Assembly: GCA_963830115.1 (NCBI GenBank)
Contig: CAWHLB010000027.1
Span: 409,246-473,245, forward strand
DNA: 64,000 nt
From: an uncultured delta proteobacterium
GTDB taxonomy: Bacteria > Myxococcota_A > Polyangia > Polyangiales > CAWHLB01
Direction of reading: 5' to 3'
Shown: positions 62,201 to 64,000 of the stretch, piece after piece
Numbering within the stretch: position 1 is the first letter of the stretch
Layout of the letters: every line of letters begins with the position of its first letter
Made by a program: the position numbers and the translations under genes
Notes under the pieces: model-generated
Told to the model about the DNA's origin: nothing
Databases searched by the model: none
Seen by the model: the letters and a program-made list of their open reading frames with translations, nothing else

Positions 62201-62576
62201 GTGGACGATGCCGGCGCCGTGGGCGGCTGCCAGCCCGGCGAGCACATCGTCGACCGCCCGGGCCACGGCGTCCCAGCCGGGCCACGACAAGGTCCAGCTC
62301 CCGATGTCGCTGCCCTCGACGAGCTCCATGACGAGACCCGGGCGCCCGTCCGCGTCGTGCACGACGTCGAGCAGCTCCACGATGCGCGGGTGTCGGAGCT
62401 GGGCCGCCGCCGCAGCCTCGTCGAGCAGGAGCCGCCGCGTGCGTCCGTCGTCGAGCGTCCGGTGGGGCACCTTGATCGCGACGGCGCGGCCCGAGGGGCG
62501 ATGCACCGCCCGCAAAACCCGCCCCATCCCACCGGTGCCCAGGACGCCTGCGAATCTCGTAGCGACCCGCAGCCAT
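55879..62576. repeat. Tandem duplication of a ~3.3-kb kinase-NTPase-TPR gene (two diverged copies)
   Basis: The translations of the two copies are colinear and roughly 70-80% identical by eye. The similarity extends into the 5' leader (GGCAGAGT..AGG-[A/G]TGGCTGCG). Confidence 0.8.
59267..62576 (-). pseudogene. Paralogous Ser/Thr kinase + P-loop NTPase + TPR protein, three frameshifts as assembled
   Basis: ATG at 62576 (MAAGRYEI). The frame breaks near 62550 (before GVLGTGGMG), near 61450 (before VRRIDEVCSGGGVRVVAWIGEAGVGKSRL) and near 60570. The pieces are ORFs 60884..62728, 60504..61463 and 59267..60574. Confidence 0.8.
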
Positions 62577-62660
62577 CCTGGAGACTCTGCCACGGTCGCG
62601 CCCGCTTCCCAATCTCTCCGCAGCGTGCTTATCGTGGACGCCCCGCCCTGGCCATCGACC

Positions 62661-63500
62661 ATGCGCTTGCCCGTCCGGCCCAACCCCGAGATCACCGCCC
62701 GCGTCGCACGGCTCGAGGTGCCCTTCAACGTCCACGGGCTCGACCGCTATGGCGCGGACACGGCGGAGCTCGCCCGCTTCTTCACGCTCCTCGGCGGGTT
62801 CTACCACCACTATTTCCGCGTCCGGGTCCATGGCATCGAGCACGTGCCGCCGCGCGGGCGCGCCATGCTCGTCGGCAACCACTCGGGCGGCATCGCCTTC
62901 GACGGCATGATGGTGATCGCGCTCGGCCTTCTTCGAGATGGACCCGCCGCGCCTCGCCCAGGGCATGGTCGAGAAGTTCCTCAGCCAGTTGCCCTTCTCC
63001 TCCGAGCTCGTCGACCCGTGTCGGTCAGCTCACGGGTCTGCCCGAGCATGCCGAGCGCCTGCTCGAGGACGAACGCCTCCTGATGGTCTTTCCCGAGGGG
63101 GCCCGGGGCACGGCCAAGCTCTTCACCGCAGCGCGACACCCTCGTCGCGCTTCGGCACCGGGTTCCTCCGCCTCGCGCTCGAGTACCGGCACGCCCATCG
63201 TCCCCTTCGCGTTCGTCGGCGGCGGCGAAGCGGTCCCGACGGTCGCGAACCTCTACACGCCTCGGCCGTTTCCTCGGCGTTCCCTACCTGCCCGTGACGC
63301 CCTGGGGGCTGCCCCTGCCCTTGCCGGCCCGCTTCGACATCCTGTACTCGGCGCCCATGCGCTTCGACGGAAACGGCACCGAGACCGACGAGGTCATTCA
63401 AGGCTGGGTGCTCGAGGTGGAGGCCCGCATCGCGTCGCTCATCGGGCGTGGTCGCGCGCTCCGGGAGGGGCGCATCGCCGAGGAGGAGGTCGCGCGATGA
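62661..63500 (+). pseudogene. Lysophospholipid (PlsC-family) acyltransferase, several frameshifts as assembled
   Basis: Pieces: MLVGNHSGGIAFDG (HX4D-type block) / MDPPRLAQGMVEKFLSQLPF / MVFPEGARGTAK / FGTGFLRLALEY / PFAFVGGGEA / [22 protein letters not shown]..-stop at 63500. Confidence 0.65.
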
Positions 63501-64000
63501 AGGTCGTCGTGACGGGGGTGGCCGGCAAGATCGGCGGGCTCGTCGGGAGGCGTCTCGCCGAGGCCGGGCACACGGTCTTCGGCATCGATCGGCGGCCGTG
63601 GCGCGACGCGCCCGACGGGGTCGAGGTGATCGAGGCGGACATCCGCAAGCGGCCCGCCGAGGACGTCTTCCGCGACCCGGCGCCCCGACGCGGTCGTGCA
63701 CATGGCAACCGTCACGCACATCACACACAGCGAGCGAGGAGCGCTACCGCATCAACCTGCAGGGCACGCGCGCGGTCTTCGATCACTGCCACCAGTACGG
63801 GGTCCAGTCGCGCGATCTTCGTCGGCCGCCACACCTATTACGGCGCCGCCCCCGACTCGCCCCTCTACCACACCGAGGACGAGCCCCCGATGGCCGTGCA
63901 CACCTTCCCGGAGCTGAGCGACCTGGTCGCCGCCGACCTCTACGCCGGCTCGGCGCTGTGGCGCTACCCGGAGATCGACACGGCCGTCCTGCGCGTCTGC
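63497..64000 (+). pseudogene. NAD-dependent epimerase/dehydratase family protein, partial at the right edge, with three compensating frameshifts between ~63680 and ~63810
   Basis: ATG at 63497 overlaps the upstream TGA (ATGA). Contains the Rossmann motif [12 protein letters not shown]. The conserved pieces [11 protein letters not shown] / [22 protein letters not shown] / [11 protein letters not shown] lie in different frames. Confidence 0.6.

Overview
The window is about 70% GC with strong third-position GC bias. The gene content (many Ser/Thr kinases, sigma-54 activators with FHA/REC domains, PEGA, FG-GAP and TPR proteins) looks like a chromosomal segment of a Myxococcota-type bacterium; that is an inference from content only.

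Left to right, it contains:
- an FHA-GAF regulator fragment
- a VOC protein
- class II ribonucleotide reductase nrdJ with a long leader
- a TetR / ABC-2 permease / ABC ATPase / HlyD export operon
- a secreted nucleotidase-like protein coupled to a FEN-type 5'-3' exonuclease, followed by an orphan DNA methyltransferase
- aldehyde dehydrogenase, lepB and a His-rich repeat lipoprotein
- tRNA-Met
- a triple-receiver adenylate cyclase, orphan cheB and a PAS hybrid kinase
- tolQ, tolR, a TonB/TolA-like gene and tolB
- a TlpA thioredoxin, a TPR-PEGA repeat protein and an FG-GAP lipoprotein
- vapBC
- a chalcone-isomerase-like protein
- two NtrC-family activators
- an alpha/beta-hydrolase lipoprotein
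- korAB
- several membrane proteins (pentapeptide repeat, DUF2254, DUF202, HdeD)
- an IS110-family element
- a Cys-type sulfatase with its radical-SAM maturase
- a GH92 mannosidase
- a co-directional cluster of two tandem kinase / P-loop NTPase / TPR paralogs, a glutathione peroxidase module and a METTL9/DREV-like methyltransferase
- an acyltransferase and an epimerase at the right edge.

Major caveat: about a dozen otherwise well-conserved genes carry single-base frameshifts, often many per gene, while their neighbours are intact. I label these pseudogene as assembled, but uncorrected indel errors in multi-copy gene families are the likelier cause.

Best candidates for something new:
- the kinase-NTPase-TPR / GPx / METTL9-like cluster, including a stop-codon loss that fuses the first kinase to the peroxidase
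- the IS110 element with repeated GGCATCT motifs, suggestive of a bridge-RNA-type guide
- the HxH-repeat lipoprotein.

No CRISPR array or rRNA was seen.
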